DNA of 64,000 nt from Camelus ferus. Its lineage: Eukaryota. Location of the stretch: NCBI RefSeq assembly GCF_009834535.1, contig NC_045696.1, forward strand, positions 117,368,001 to 117,432,000, read 5' to 3'. The notes under the pieces were generated by a model, which saw only the letters and a list, made by a program, of their open reading frames with translations, had not been told where the DNA came from and ran no database searches. Shown in pieces: positions 1-12,930 of the stretch; positions within the stretch are counted from its first letter, which is position 1, and the number at the start of each line of letters is the position of its first letter. A program made the position numbers and the translations under genes.

Positions 1-180
1 TTAATGGCTATTTCATGTATTGTATAGTTATTATTTTTGTTAGATTTTCATCTTGCGTAAAATCCATTGCCAATAATACAACTTGTATGTTTTATTATCA
101 TTTTGATAAATAAAACTTTGGGTTTTAGTAGCAGAGTGGTTAATACTATTCAGCAACATTATAATAATTTTTAACTATGA

Positions 181-316
181 TATGATAACTCACAGAGAAA
201 AAAATGTGACAATGAGTGTGTATATGTCCATGAATAACTGAAAAATTGTGCTGAACACTGGAATTTGACACAACATTGTAAAATGATTATAAATCAATAA
301 AAAATGTTAAAAAAAA
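181..316 (+). mobile_element. Young, heavily 5'-truncated LINE-1 3' tail with poly(A)
   Basis: L1 3'UTR terminus (...TGACACAACATTGTAAAATGATTATAAATCAATAAAAAATG-A-tail). Perfect 8-bp TSD AACTATGA at 173-180 and 317-324. Confidence 0.85.
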
Positions 317-809
317 AACTATGAACTTGCTAGTTTTATTTGCATTTTTAGGACACACAAGGAAAATTGACTCTAAAAGTGCTGTACATTATTTACTTAA
401 AGTTTACTGTCAATGATCAATATAAAGCAGAATATAGAATATTGGTGAATACAGAAATGTTATGGGCATAAGTGGTCTCTCTCTCCTTTTTTTTTTTTTT
501 TTTTTGTGGTCTTTGTCACCATAAGACTCAACATCTGTAGCAGAGAAATACATGGAATATGTCACCTCAAAATTTGTGGACCACTCTCCTATATAGCATA
601 CCTGCCCACCCAGCACTGTCCTTAGCTTGGGTAAATCTTACCTGAAGAGGAGTCACTGAAGGCTTTAGAGGTTAATTGATCTAATTACTCAAGCCCACTG
701 CCTTGCCATTGCTTGGAGCTTTGAAGGATCTGAGTTGTCCAAACATTCTGCCTGCACTGGAACTCACTGCCCTCTTCAGAGCAGCCTTGAGCTGGTGTGG
801 ACATACTAT

Positions 810-1256
810 CTTGGCCCCTCAGGTCCACACACCCTATTCTGTGTCCCAGGAGGCTGACCTATGCAGGCTGCACTGACTGGGTCCCTTGTTTTCTGGCTTT
901 CAGTTCAGTTTGACCAATAGGAACACCACTGGGAGGCTGGAGTCCCTTGGCTCCATCCTTATCGAGTCAATACAATTTTGTTTCACCTCCTTGGAAAAGT
1001 CACAGTCTTTCTCATGCAGACCTTTCTACAGCCACACAAGCTCTCTCTGGGTTCTAGTAACCATTCCCTCCACTTGTCCCTTAAGATCTAAGTATAGCCG
1101 TGGCTCGCTGGTAATGCTAGCTCTTAGGCAGTCCATCCCGTACTGATTTCCTTTAACCTTGTCCACACCACAGTAAAGAGCTCCTTTATCAAATGCTTCT
1201 CAGTTACTCTGCTTGAGTGTGCTATTTCTGTCTTGCTCAGATCCTGACTGAAACAC
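810..1256 (+). mobile_element. Old ERVL-type LTR (LTR33-like)
   Basis: 3' end TGTGCTATTTCTGTCTTGCTCAGATCCTGACTGAAACA resembles the LTR33 terminus as I recall it. The 5' boundary is approximate. Confidence 0.5.
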
Positions 1257-2332
1257 TGCTGTTCCTGTCACTCAGAGGACTTAGCCTTGGGTCCAATCCC
1301 GGGAAGGCCAGTGTTCACTATTGATCCAGTACATGATGTCCGCTTCCCCCCAGCAACCTGGGCTTTATAATACAAATTATTGACTTTGCATGTTATCATT
1401 TTAGCAGTATGTATTTGTAGAAGTTCTGAAGCCATGGCTGCCTGTAGATCATGATTATGAACAGATCATGACAGCTTCTTGAATGTCATTTATGATTCTC
1501 TATCCCATGCTTGCAAATTTCTCTTATGTTGTTTTTGGCCCAAAGAAGCATCCCAGTCACCAATCTCCATTTTCTCTGCTTTTACCTCTCACCACCTTGT
1601 CAGCCCCTCACCGAAAGAAAAGATGTACTTACCAAGGTAACAGTGATGTCCAAAATTGAAGAGATTTTAGGCAGCCAATTAATATTTACTGCCCATGCTT
1701 GGCTAGATTTCTCATGATAATTTAGCACCACATATGGTAGTTATGAATAAGCATCGATAAGAGAAGTTTTCTAATCTTTTCCACATGCCCCAGAAAAGGA
1801 AGCTTTTTTTTTTTAAACTTGAGAGAGTCAATTAAGTTGAATGAGTCAATAAATATGAATAGTTCCAAACGTGGTCCAAAACACTAACCGGATAGAAATT
1901 TGGAGTTGGGGATTTTCTTTGTTGCAAAGTGATAGAGAAGTAATTGTTAGTATTATTCTATTACTGTCCTCGTTGTCCTTTAGACATCCAAAGGGTTTTT
2001 AGTGCTGAATGAAATGCCTAGAAAGGCAAGATAGATGATGACAAAGAACTTTCATCCTAAAAAATTCACACACCTAGGAAGATGGGAAAAAGAAGAAAAA
2101 CGTCACCTTCACTGTTATTTTCTCATTTCCTCTTTTCCCTTCTTATTACAAAGAACAGAGGTGGTCGGCAGAGCGCAAATAACTGGCACGTGCACACAGT
2201 TTGGTGTCTATGGTTCCTCAGCAACAACGGAGCTGTGACTTCACCTAAAACGATATCCCCAAACATGATGAGATCAGATAATACCCTGTTCCAAAATGCA
2301 GTTAAACCAGGTAACTTAAAATCTCAATAGAA

Positions 2333-2462
2333 GGGAGCAGGTATAGCTCAGGGGTAGAGCACACACTTAACATGCATGAGGTCATAGGTTCAATACCCAG
2401 TACCTCTATTAATGAAAAAATAAATTATTAAATTAAATTAAACTCCAAAAAAAAAAAAAAAA
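2333..2462 (+). mobile_element. tRNA-Ala-derived SINE (camelid Vic-1-like), long form
   Basis: A-box TAGCTCAGGGG, B-box GGTTCAATACC and A-tail. Degenerate TSD AAAATCTCAATAGA / AAAACCCCAATAGA. Confidence 0.9.
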
Positions 2463-3739
2463 CCCCAATAGACAAGTTCACTTGAGAACTTTTGCTGTAG
2501 TAATAATTACCTGAGGTCAGAAAGATTCCTCGAAATCTTTGGCTAAAGGGTGTCCAAAGGGTAGCAAGAAAAACAACGTAGTACTCTTGGCTTTTCTCAT
2601 TTCAATCTTCAAAATTTCTTTTTTAAAATTCTCAAGGATTCAGAAGCTAGTTTTACCTGTGAATTTAATAAAGAGGGAGCTCTTTAAAATACAGCCTACA
2701 AATGTACGTGCTATAGGGTTAAATCCTTGAAGAGTCTGTGTTCATGTCAGGATGGTAATTTTAGTTTCATTAAGAAATGCAGGCACAAGAAAAAGAATAA
2801 AGGATCATGGTATGGGACAATTGATAGTTTTTGGGAACCATACATTTATCTGTAAACTGTAATGTCAAATTGCATACCAGTTAAAGAAGAATAACTACTA
2901 ATGTTTAGGAAGCAGTAACAAAGACCCACCACATGGTGAAAGGATACAGTTCCTACTTTTTCTTATTTTTTAAAATAAATCATGGAGAAGGAATATTGTA
3001 TCACAAGGGTAATTCACACACCAGCACAGGAACTGGATTTTGGTCTTAAATTTACCATGGACTACTTGAAGAACCCTCCCTTGAGCCCTCGTTGTCATCA
3101 ACCTCAGAATTTGGAGGAAGATCAGTGAGGGAGTAGACCAGATGATCTTTGAGATTGCTTACTGTGCCGGAATCAAATGAATTCTAAATCTATCGTAAGT
3201 TCCATTTCACACATACACACACATAAAAGAGATAAAAATGCCAGTTGTTATCTTTTTCCCAAGGCTTTGGTTTTGTTTCAGACCTTATTTTGGAAAGGGA
3301 AAAAAATCACAGATGAATCACTGCAAATTATGATACTAGTCATGGATCTTATCAAAATTGGCGACTCATCCATTTTCAGCAGTTTTGCTAGCCATGGGAA
3401 AAATGCAATTTCTCGTCTTCCTCCAAAGGCCAAATGGACATGATTGCATCTTTTCTCCAATCTATAGAAAAGAAAAAAAAAATGCTATGACCATTCTTTA
3501 TTGTTTTGTGTATTTCAAGTATGATCTATAGGAATAAAATTGTTTAAGTCCCTTTTGAAGTCAGTCTTTCCAAAAGCCTAATGGTCATGTCTGGATTTTC
3601 TAGCCTTAGAGTGGTCATATTTATTGTAATAATTATTACTTATTTATTATTTATTCTAATTTGTCATTACTATTATTTATTTAATGTCCAGTTTTATTCT
3701 GGCTCATAAAAATGCCAATTTTATGTAGCAGTAAGATAA

Positions 3740-3950
3740 TTGAATTTTGAGTTAAGAATAGATATATTTGTGTCCATCTTTGCTACTTAAAGCTGTGTGA
3801 CCCTAGGCTTGTAGTCTGTATAAGTTAGTCCTTAATTTCCTCACTGGCAAAAGAAGGAAACTAATAAAATCTATCCAATATACTTCCCAAGGTTATTGTA
3901 AAAATTAAGTAAAATAATTATGTAAAACCAGTTAAAAGTTGCTGAGCATG
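3740..3950 (+). mobile_element. MIR SINE remnant
   Basis: Degenerate MIR core (GCTGTGTGACCCTAGGC...TTTCCTCACTGGCAAAAG...GGTTATTGTAAAAATTAAGT). Confidence 0.5.
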
Positions 3951-5169
3951 ATGCAACTAATATTTATATTAAATATTATTTTCCTAATTGTTTTGTTCTA
4001 AATGATTCTGTACTCCAAGGAACGTTGAAATTCTATACATATTTTAAAATGGGATTCACTATTCATTTTAGAATTTTTGTGTGTTCTTGGATTTGGGGAT
4101 GTTCAGTGCTGCATACAGAGCCAAATTCTTAAAAACTTAAAACATGCCTAGCTACTCCAGAATCAGTATAGATATAAAATGTGAAGAAATGATCCCACTG
4201 GCTCAAGTAACATGCTGACAGCCACAGAGTACAACTCACTATAATGTCCATGACTGATGGTTTGTTTAAACGTACAGAATGCAAGTGTCCTCACGGACCT
4301 GAAATCTCAGTCAGTACTACTATAAGTGTGATGGTAATAATTTAGAGAGAGCAAATTTTCAAATTTAGCCTTTAACCCAATACTATCCAAAACTTTAAGT
4401 CTTTTCCATTCAAAAAAGTGACTGTTATTCAAGTTTCCCTGGGCCTCCACAATGAAGGGAGTTTTTGGTCATTGAGTTCACTGCCAGGAAATAAACTGAG
4501 AGTAGTGATTGCTATAGATCTATGGAGAGATTAAGAGTTTGCAGAGATGGTGGAAGACGCTATAAAGTGCCAGTTCCATATGCAGCAACACGGTGAGAAA
4601 GTTTCTTTTAGCTTTCTCAAAGAAGATCACTATAGTAACCTGGAAATTTAATAAAGTTCCTTGAATATAAGCAAGTCTGGGGAATTATTGGTTTTGAATT
4701 ACTGGCAGTAGTGAAGAGGGTTAAATACAGTTTCAGAATGAAAATTAGTTTTATTTTGTCAGGAAGTGAGTGAGCAAAGAGGTGCAAAGGCAAGAAAGAG
4801 AAAGAGAGAAGATCACTGGGGCTGATACCAAAAAGTACAACCTAAATTCAGAGATGACAGAGCAGGTGAAGACGTGCAGTGTGGCCACCACAATGTCACC
4901 TACAGCTGAGAGTGAGAGAGAGAGAGAAAGAGAGTCACGATGCATACATGAAGCAAATTCACAGCCATTTGCCTTACTACTTGAGTTCTGAATGAGATCT
5001 GATCTCTTCTCTCTCCCAGCTCTTTTAATGCTCTCATCAGAAATAGTGGAAAGGGATAAAATCTCCAAAATTCATGGTTCCTTCTTTCCTGCAGCAAACT
5101 TCGTTGCCGTACAGTTTCAATGAACATTGGTTGTGAAAGTGTAGCTCTAGGTTGAAGGAAATCCTACAA

Positions 5170-5920
5170 GATCTCCTGATGAATACTGTGTGAAAGATAA
5201 AGAGGAGTAGAGGGAGATCTCTAGATTCCAGGCTGAGCCATTGGGAAAATAGAATTGCCCTCAGGTGAGATGGGGAAGACCGACTTTAGCAAGTTTGGGG
5301 GCAGAGAGAGCAGGAATTTAATTTAGGCATAATTATCCTCAGATATCTATTAAGCATAAAGGAAAATGTCCAGTGGACAGTCAGATGTATGAATCTAGAT
5401 CTCAAAAAAGAGGTCTGGGTTGGGTGTTTCAGCTCAGGAGTCATCAGCACTGAGAGATATCTAAAGCCAAGAGACTAGATGAAATCAACAGGCAAGTGAA
5501 TGAAACTACGCAGTGTCAGAAAACTGAAGACCAGGAAAACAGACCAGTGACCAATGAGATAAGAGAAAACCAAGAGAACACATCTGGAAGACAAGGCAAG
5601 AAAGAGTATCTAAAAGAAGGGAGTAATCAATGATTACAAATGTTGCCAGTGTGTCATGTAAGAAGAGGACTTGAGAGCAGATTAGACCAACATAAAGATC
5701 ATGGCTAACGTGACAAGAGCATTTTGCAGGAAGGGTGGCAGAGGTGGAGGAAACCTAACTGTGTGGAGTTCAGGAGATAATAGACATTTTTGAGAAAGAA
5801 CAGACGCTTTATTTTCAAGGAGTTTTGTGATGGAGGAGAAAAGAGTGGTAGCTGCTGTGAAAAGTAGAGTTAATTGAACGCTTTTTGATGTGGAAGAAAT
5901 TATACTATGATTGAACATTG
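5170..5920 (-). mobile_element. L2 LINE fragment
   Basis: Purine-rich antisense L2 signature (GAAAATGTCCAGTGGACAGTCAGATGTATGAATCTAGATCTCAAAAAAGAGGTCTGGG...GGAGTCATCAGC). Confidence 0.65.
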
Positions 5921-6559
5921 ATGTTATGTGTGGCAAGCTCCTGGAACCAGATTGTCCCTTGGTAACTGGTATTATCTGTATTCCCTACGAACCCTTTCTG
6001 ACCCTTGGTCATCTTGGCTGTCAGTATTTATGTACTGATACTTCCTAACTTATAAGTACCTGTGAATAGAGCAACAAGTCTGGCTTGTGCCTGAAAGGGA
6101 TGGAGAAGCTCAACTACCAAGAAAAATCTTCCCTTGTTTTGGGGATCACCTGTTTTATGACATCCCAGACAGCCAAACTATTTCAAGGAGAGTCGCCGTG
6201 TTCACCTCCAACCACCTTGGGTACATCGCACCTGCACCAAGAGACACATATGCCCTGAGAAATGCCTCATTCTCTTTGGTACAACATCAACACCTTTTCC
6301 CAGAGAAACAATGTTGTAATGATGCTTATATCCTTAGCTTGAGATGTCCCCCACATCTCAAATCTACGTAATTCATGTTACAATTGAAATACTATGGAAA
6401 GGAGAAAAGAAAGACTGGAAGACATGCCAGAGCTAGAGGAGAAGGAATGTGATTAATTGAGGAGAAGAGTCCTAAATGTGTGACAAGAGGTGATGCAGCT
6501 GAATGGGAAGGGGTAAGTTTGTTCCATTGCAACTACTGACACTCATATAGGATTTGGTG

Positions 6560-7135
6560 ATATTAAAAAGCACCTGTTGGTTTTGTCTACCTAGTGTTCA
6601 ATCTCTGTTTTCTGATAGTAGTCCCTTGATTTTCCCTTGGAAAGTATCACTCCATTTTCAGCCTGCTGGCTTGGTAGCACGTGCATCTATTTCTTGTGCC
6701 GTCCTCTTGGCAAGCAGCGGGCAAAAAACTCAAGGATGAATAATCAACCCCTCCTCTTGAAAGAAGTGACACGAGGAGGGGAAAGGGCTGCTTGTCATGG
6801 GAATTCTCTTAAGAGACCATCTACCGGGTCCTGCTTCCCAGACTCGGGGCTCATCTTTAGTCAGTATGCTCTCCTACATCTGTGCCAGTGCTTCACACAG
6901 TCATCAGTTCCATTTGGTCTGTATCCACCCTGTACCTGTTGGTAAGTGTTTTGAGTATAATTTCTAGGTTTCCCTGGTCCCTGTTTATTCCAAGCCTCCT
7001 TCCTTCAGCTCTTTCTTTATATCTATGAGTTATCACGTGGCTTAAAAATAGGTTCCCTTTCCCTCCTTTTATTCCTTTGGATTAAGTTTAGCACAGCTAC
7101 TGGCCATGGATTTGCAACCAAAGGATGCCAGAGTG
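6560..7135 (+). mobile_element. Old MaLR LTR remnant (MLT1K/L-like)
   Basis: MLT1-type 3' end (TTAAGTTTAGC...TTTGCAACCAAAGGATGCC). Highly diverged; boundaries uncertain. Confidence 0.35.
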
Positions 7136-8931
7136 AGGACTAGCCTGGATATCTGATTGCTACTGTTGACTTTCAAAATGATTTCTCTTCACTCACCTAT
7201 TGGTAGTATGGGATCTGCCTTTGTATGCAACTCTAGGTCCCTTTGCTACTTTCACTCAGTGACTTAATATAATCTCTCACTATTGGGTAGCAATTGGAAT
7301 TAGCTGTGAATCAGGGACTACTGCCTGTGCTTGTCACGTCCTCCATGACATGTCAACAAATTAATGCTTAATACCCTGTTCCCTTATTTGCTCTTGGAAC
7401 CAACAATAATTATACAATAAATAGCATTGAGACACCTCCTATGAACATAGAAGGATACTTGAAATCTTTTATATATTCTAGACTGCCATTTGGGGGGGAA
7501 AAAAAGAGATCCTTTGTCTATTAAAAATTCTTGTTACTGTATAAAATGGAAATTAGTTATCTAGATGCCACTCTCAAGAGCCTTTTGCTCTTGGCTATGA
7601 AACCTTCATTTGAAAGCCTTTTCCTTTGAATTCTCTGCCACAATTTTATGGGATGCTCCATGTAAACAGATGCTTCATATAAATTTCATTTTTATAGGTA
7701 GCTAATATACTAATATCCTACAGGGGTAATTTAAGCTCCCAGGTGTCCAAGTTTTAACTAGGCTACAAAGAAAATTTAGCCAAGGACGACAGGACGAACC
7801 ACCTAAGCTGGAAATGTCATGGCTCCTTCATGAGGCGTTAAGGATTTCAACCAACTCCAAAATAATGTCACACAAAGAACAGTCTGGCTAGGGAAGAGAC
7901 TCCATTAACTGAAGTGAATCAAGTTTATAGATTATGTCTGGGCGATTTAGAAGTAGGAAATCCTCGTATCCATTATTTATATACAGAGTTCCCCATTGAA
8001 ACTTGGAGCAGTAAAATGTCTCATAATGAGATGGCCTCAAAATACCAATTCTTCCTACCGGGGTTACTGTATTCTGAGACTACAGAGGAGGGTTCATGCT
8101 ATTAGAAAGTGTATAACGCAAAAACAGACCAACAGTACTTACACACAAACACATACACGTTATATTTCTGCATGCTTCTGTTGGGATGAAATTTGAACCT
8201 TTGCAGGAGAAGCCACTAGCCAAGCTTTATATGCAGAAAGTAGCCAGAAGCAGATCTTTGACTCTTCTGTAAATACAAAAGTTATCTTTGTTAGTAATTC
8301 AAATACAAGGCTGGGAGTCCCCCCCTGCCCTGGTGTAGTAGACCCTTTATAGCTGCCTTCCCAACATATATAGAATACTGAGCTCAGAACTGGAAGGAGG
8401 TTGATATAGTCACTAAAGGGCAAGAAGCTTTCTGGGAGAAAACAGTCCCTTCTCTTTGGAGGTGGGATACTGTAAGAATGCCTGCAAAGGATTAGCCTAG
8501 CTGCTGAGGTCTGTGAAAACAAAGACGATAGAAATGAGACATCAGAAGGAGGGCCAACATAATGTCTGCACGTAGGTGGCTCATGAGAAAACTCAGCACC
8601 TTTCCGCAGCTGGGGATCCCTTAGGCATAAAAGAGATGGTTTAGGGCCAGGATCTGGTGAGTGTGTGTGAACTCAAAGAGCTGTAACCCAGCACCACACT
8701 GAAGAGGGAAGCAAATCAGAGAGTATCAACTAGCCGGCTGTGTGGTGGCAACAGAAGTAACACAACTGTTCAAGGAGGCTCCAGCTAGGGATCCAGAAGT
8801 CCTTTCCAGTGCTCCAAGGTGTGGTTCAGAAGCCAGATGAGCTCTTTCAAGCGTGCAAGTCACAGGAAGCTTTGACAATTTGGGGGAGCCATCGGCCTGA
8901 AGAGAAATTGCTGGATTTGCTCCTAACCTGG

Positions 8932-9369
8932 TGTGAGAGTCAATGCTATGTATCAACTGCTGTAAGCTACGGTGCCCAGCTCTTTGGTCAGACGCCAGTC
9001 GAAGATGTTGCCATGAAGGTGTTTTGTAGATGCGATGAACATTTCCAACTAGTTGATTTTAAATAAAGGAGATTATCCTCAACAATATGGATGGGCCCAT
9101 ATCGCATCTAATTAGTCAGAAGGTCTTAAGAGCAGAAACTGAGGTTTCCTGGAGGGAAGAGAACTCTGGCTCCTGAGTTTCCAGCCTGCTGGACTGTCCT
9201 ACATAGGATATCAAACTTGCCAGCCCCACAATCACAGAAGCCAGTTCCTTAAAATTAGTCTCTCTCTGTATTTTTTTTTTCTTTTTCAAGTGAATAGCCC
9301 TGTCTTGTCTTTTTGTATTTTCTAGAGTTCTCAATTTCTACGTTTTATATATATATAATGTATGTATTT

Positions 9370-9414
<45 letters not shown>

Positions 9415-9450
9415 ATAAAATGGTTCTGTTTGGCAAACCCTGACGGACAC
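8932..9450 (+). mobile_element. MLT2 (ERVL) solo LTR
   Basis: Start TGTGAGAGTCAATGCTATGTATCAACTG, internal GATGTTGCCATGAAGGTGTTTTGTAGATG, the characteristic internal microsatellite, and end GGTTCTGTTTGGCAAACCCTGACGGACAC. Confidence 0.8.
9376..9412. repeat. (TG)18 microsatellite inside the MLT2 LTR
   Basis: Directly visible pure dinucleotide run. Confidence 0.95.
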
Positions 9451-9992
9451 CCCTAGGCAGATGAGCTCTTGAATGATTTTTTGGGAAATGCAAAATAAAT
9501 GACTGTGTGGGTACCCCCAGCTGCTGAGACAGTCTGTTTTGATTACAGACCTACGCAACTGATAAATATAGACATATTGTTCCATCATATATCACTTAAA
9601 CCTTAAGCACTCACAAGGCGTTAAAATAATTTACAAAGAGTTGTACATTTTCCCGATATAAGCATCACCCCTCTTTCGTAAGGAACCTTCCTCATCTCTC
9701 TCTTTTTAAGTACATTTTCTGTAAATTATCTTTGTAGCACTAGTTTCTACTCGAAATGAAACTACAAAAAAAGGGGAACCCCAAGCAGGCTCTTTTTGTA
9801 TCATATAGTCAAATAGCCCCAGGGGTTTGGCAGAATTCCTAAATTCTCTTACACGTTTCAGAGACAGGTAGGCAGGTATCCAACAAAGTCCAGGGCAGAG
9901 TGTGCCTAATGAACAACTGAGAACTCTAGAACCCAAAGAGAAAAGCTATTCACCTGAAGAGAGGGAAGAGAAGTGTGAACCAAAGAAACCAT

Positions 9993-10140
9993 GGGGGAGG
10001 GTAGAGCTCAGGGGTGGAGCACATCTTAGCATGCATGAGGCCCTGGGTTCAATCCCCAGGGCCTCCATTAAAAACAAACAAATAAATAATAAACCGAATT
10101 ACCACTCCAAAACAAACAAACAAACAAACAAACAAAAAAC
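9993..10140 (+). mobile_element. Vic-1-like SINE, long form
   Basis: GGGGGAGGGTAGAGCTCAG...CTTAGCATGCATGAGGCCCTGGGTTCAATCCCCAG, the AAACCGAATTACCACTCC extension and a (CAAA)n tail. Confidence 0.9.
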
Positions 10141-10789
10141 AGAGGGACCAGAGACCTTATATCAAATTAACTCATTCATTCAAAACTGACTAAGCATTTA
10201 CTCCTCCTAAGAGTCCCTGGTGCCCCTATGGTACACAGCTTCTCCCCTCAAGGGCATAAAAAGTAAAACCTGTAAAGTGACTGTGATGTGTGTATTCTGG
10301 TTCCACTTAATATATGGGGAAACTGAATATGAGAAAGACAAGGAATGTGGTGCTTCTAGAATGTATCTATAAAGTAAGAATAGAATAATAAAAATAACTG
10401 TACACAAGACGGAAGCTATGAGGTCTCCCTCATCCATGTGGAAGGGGGAGATTGGTGAGTGTTCACAGAGGAGGAGTGCTCGATACAGGGATGCCTACAA
10501 ACAGTTGGACATCCACAAACTAGAGCTACGTGCAGCTCTTTAGAGGTCCTAACGCCCAAGGAGATTACAGTAGTGGTGCCCAACTCCTTCCATCCCTACC
10601 AGATATAATTCAAGACAAAACAGTACTTAATGTTTTCTTCAGCTGAAGAAATCCAGCAAAGTTCTGATGGCTTCCTCCATCATTATCACTTTACTGCTTT
10701 TCTTAAATTCACACAGACTTTCAAAAATAATTTGGGGGAGGTGCTTCTGCTTTGCTGGTTCACAAATTCACTCTTAGTCTACCTGTACC

Positions 10790-10952
10790 AGGATGCATAA
10801 AGCCTGATTGGCACACAGCCACTTTTGCTTCATCAATGGCTGCTTTCTCGCCGTGATGGCAGAGTTGAGGAGCTGCAACAGAGACCAATGGACCACAAAG
10901 CCTAAAACAGTCACCATCTGGACATTTAGAGGAAAAGTTTGCCAGCTCTTGA
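10790..10952 (-). mobile_element. MER58A-like hAT-Charlie MITE (partial)
   Basis: GGCAGAGTTGAGGAGCTGCAACAGAGACC...GAAAAGTTTGCCAGCTCTTG is the reverse complement of the MER58A start, and is homologous to the copy at 41507. Confidence 0.7.
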
Positions 10953-11308
10953 TCAACAGAGTAATTCAGCACAGGGAGAAATGCAGAAAAGGTCTGCAAG
11001 TGGTACTCTGCTTACCTGGGAAACAGGCTGATAATTTCCTTGAAAGCCTCACAGGATGGCAGTTAGTCTACTGGGTAGTTAATTGGGTTCAGTTACTTAG
11101 TTAGTTTACCTTTATGGACACAACTTCCAAATTCAGTCTCCCTTTTGCGAGGAGATCACTCAAGGCTGGACTAAAGATTATGAAATTGATGTGTGTGCAG
11201 AGTATGTCCTATTTACCAGACCATTGGTTGCATAACTATCCTGTCCGCACTTCCCTCATGGAGGCAATCATAGCCAAACTGACCGTTGGAAAGTTATCTG
11301 ATGACCAC

Positions 11309-11776
11309 GTTAGTGGAGAGGAGATTCTTGTCTCGTGGAGGAAAGAATTCAAGAGCAGTCCACAACAAAATAAAAGCAAGTTTATTTAGAGAGATACACA
11401 TTCCACAGGCAGAATGTAGTCCATCTCAGAAGGGAGAGTGTGGGGTGTGGAGGTGATCAGTTTTTATGGGCTGGGTAATTTCATAGGCTAACAAATTGGA
11501 GGATTTTACCAAATTTGGTGGGGGGGGTGTTCAGGAACTGAGCCACTGCCCACTTTTTGGCCTTTTACGGTCAGCCAGGGAATTGTCGTGGCACCTGTGG
11601 GTGTGTCACTTAGCAGCTAATGTATTACAATGAGCCTATAATGAGGTTCAAGGTCCACTGGAAGGTGAATCTTCTGCCACCTTGGGCCTGATTGGTTCTA
11701 ACCAGTTTGCACAGTACACTCGATAGCTACATCATTCTTTTAATGGTTTTGCCCTGCCCCTTCCCCTCCTGTCTCA
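11309..11776 (-). mobile_element. ERV1-class solo LTR
   Basis: Minus strand begins TGAGACAGG. AATAAA on the minus strand (TTTATT near 11381). 4-bp TSD CCAC at 11305-11308 and 11777-11780. About 470 bp with no internal gag/pol sequence. Confidence 0.7.
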
Positions 11777-12789
11777 CCACAGAATCAGCAGAAGGGCTGA
11801 AGTGAATTGCATTGGCAGGGGATGGAGAGAGCCTAAAGCAGCCATTTTACACAGGGGTAGCCCTGTTGATGGAGCCAGAATCCCAGAGCTTGTGGGCTCC
11901 CCCGCAGTGCATGCATGAATGGGCACTGTTAGGCTCTGCCCAGTCATCTTCCTTTCACCGGGCTGGGGCCTCCCTCCTTATGACACATCCTTTCTTTGAA
12001 AAGTCTGAATTTATTCAATGAGGCTGCGAGGTCAAGATCTGCTCTCACTGATGGCTTTTCTTTCTTGATTTTCAAGGGCATCTCTCTGTGGTCTTCAAGT
12101 TCAACCCGGAGGCGTTGACGGCATTCTTTGGCTTTTCATTCACACAAGGTGAGAGTCAGTGCAGTTCTTCTCAGTGCCATGCCCCTTGCCGTGTGCATAA
12201 TTACTTCCTCAGGAACTCGTTTGGTGCCACAAGCATGTGTTCACCTATACAGGAAGGTGGGGCTCATTTAAAGGCCCTGAAACCTTATCAAATCCTGATT
12301 TATACAGGTAACCACATCAATAGACTCATCAAAATCCTGCTGGGTAGTGACGATCACTAAGTGAAACGGAACATTTCTCTCCCGACTGACTCTGACTTGG
12401 AATATATAGTAATCCTCCTCATACCTGTTAGATTTCTGCACTTCTGTGCTGGTGGCAAAGCTCTCAGCCCCACTGACCACGTCTCTCCTACTTTGTAAGG
12501 TGTATTACACCAGGATTCTTGGGAGTTTTCTGGCATTTCCTTGTCCATGTGGAAAATAACTTAGCCTAACACAGAACTGATTATTTATTAATTGCTTACT
12601 CCTTTTTATTACATTGGTATGAGACAGTTTAAGCTAATGCTTGCTCTTGGAAGAAATGTTTGCAAGGCAAAAAGGTTAATCCCTTTAAACCCTTTGAAAG
12701 ATGGGAAAAAGAGAAATAATATTTTCGAATCTAATCATTATGTTATGTTCTCTTCACATAAAATATTGACTTTTAAAGCTCAAAGCATA

Positions 12790-12930
12790 TATCTATTTCA
12801 CAGATGCAAGTTGAGGCTCAGATATGTTAAGCAACTTGTTCAAGTTCTCACAGCCAGGAAGTGGTAAATCCAGGGGTACAAACTCAAATCCACCTTCCTC
12901 CGTGGCCTGATCTCATTCCATCACATGGTG
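12790..12930 (-). mobile_element. MIR SINE remnant
   Basis: TTTCACAGATGCAAGTTGAGGCTCAGATATGTTAAGCAACTTGTTCAAGTTCTCACAGC, the MIR core in antisense. Confidence 0.65.
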
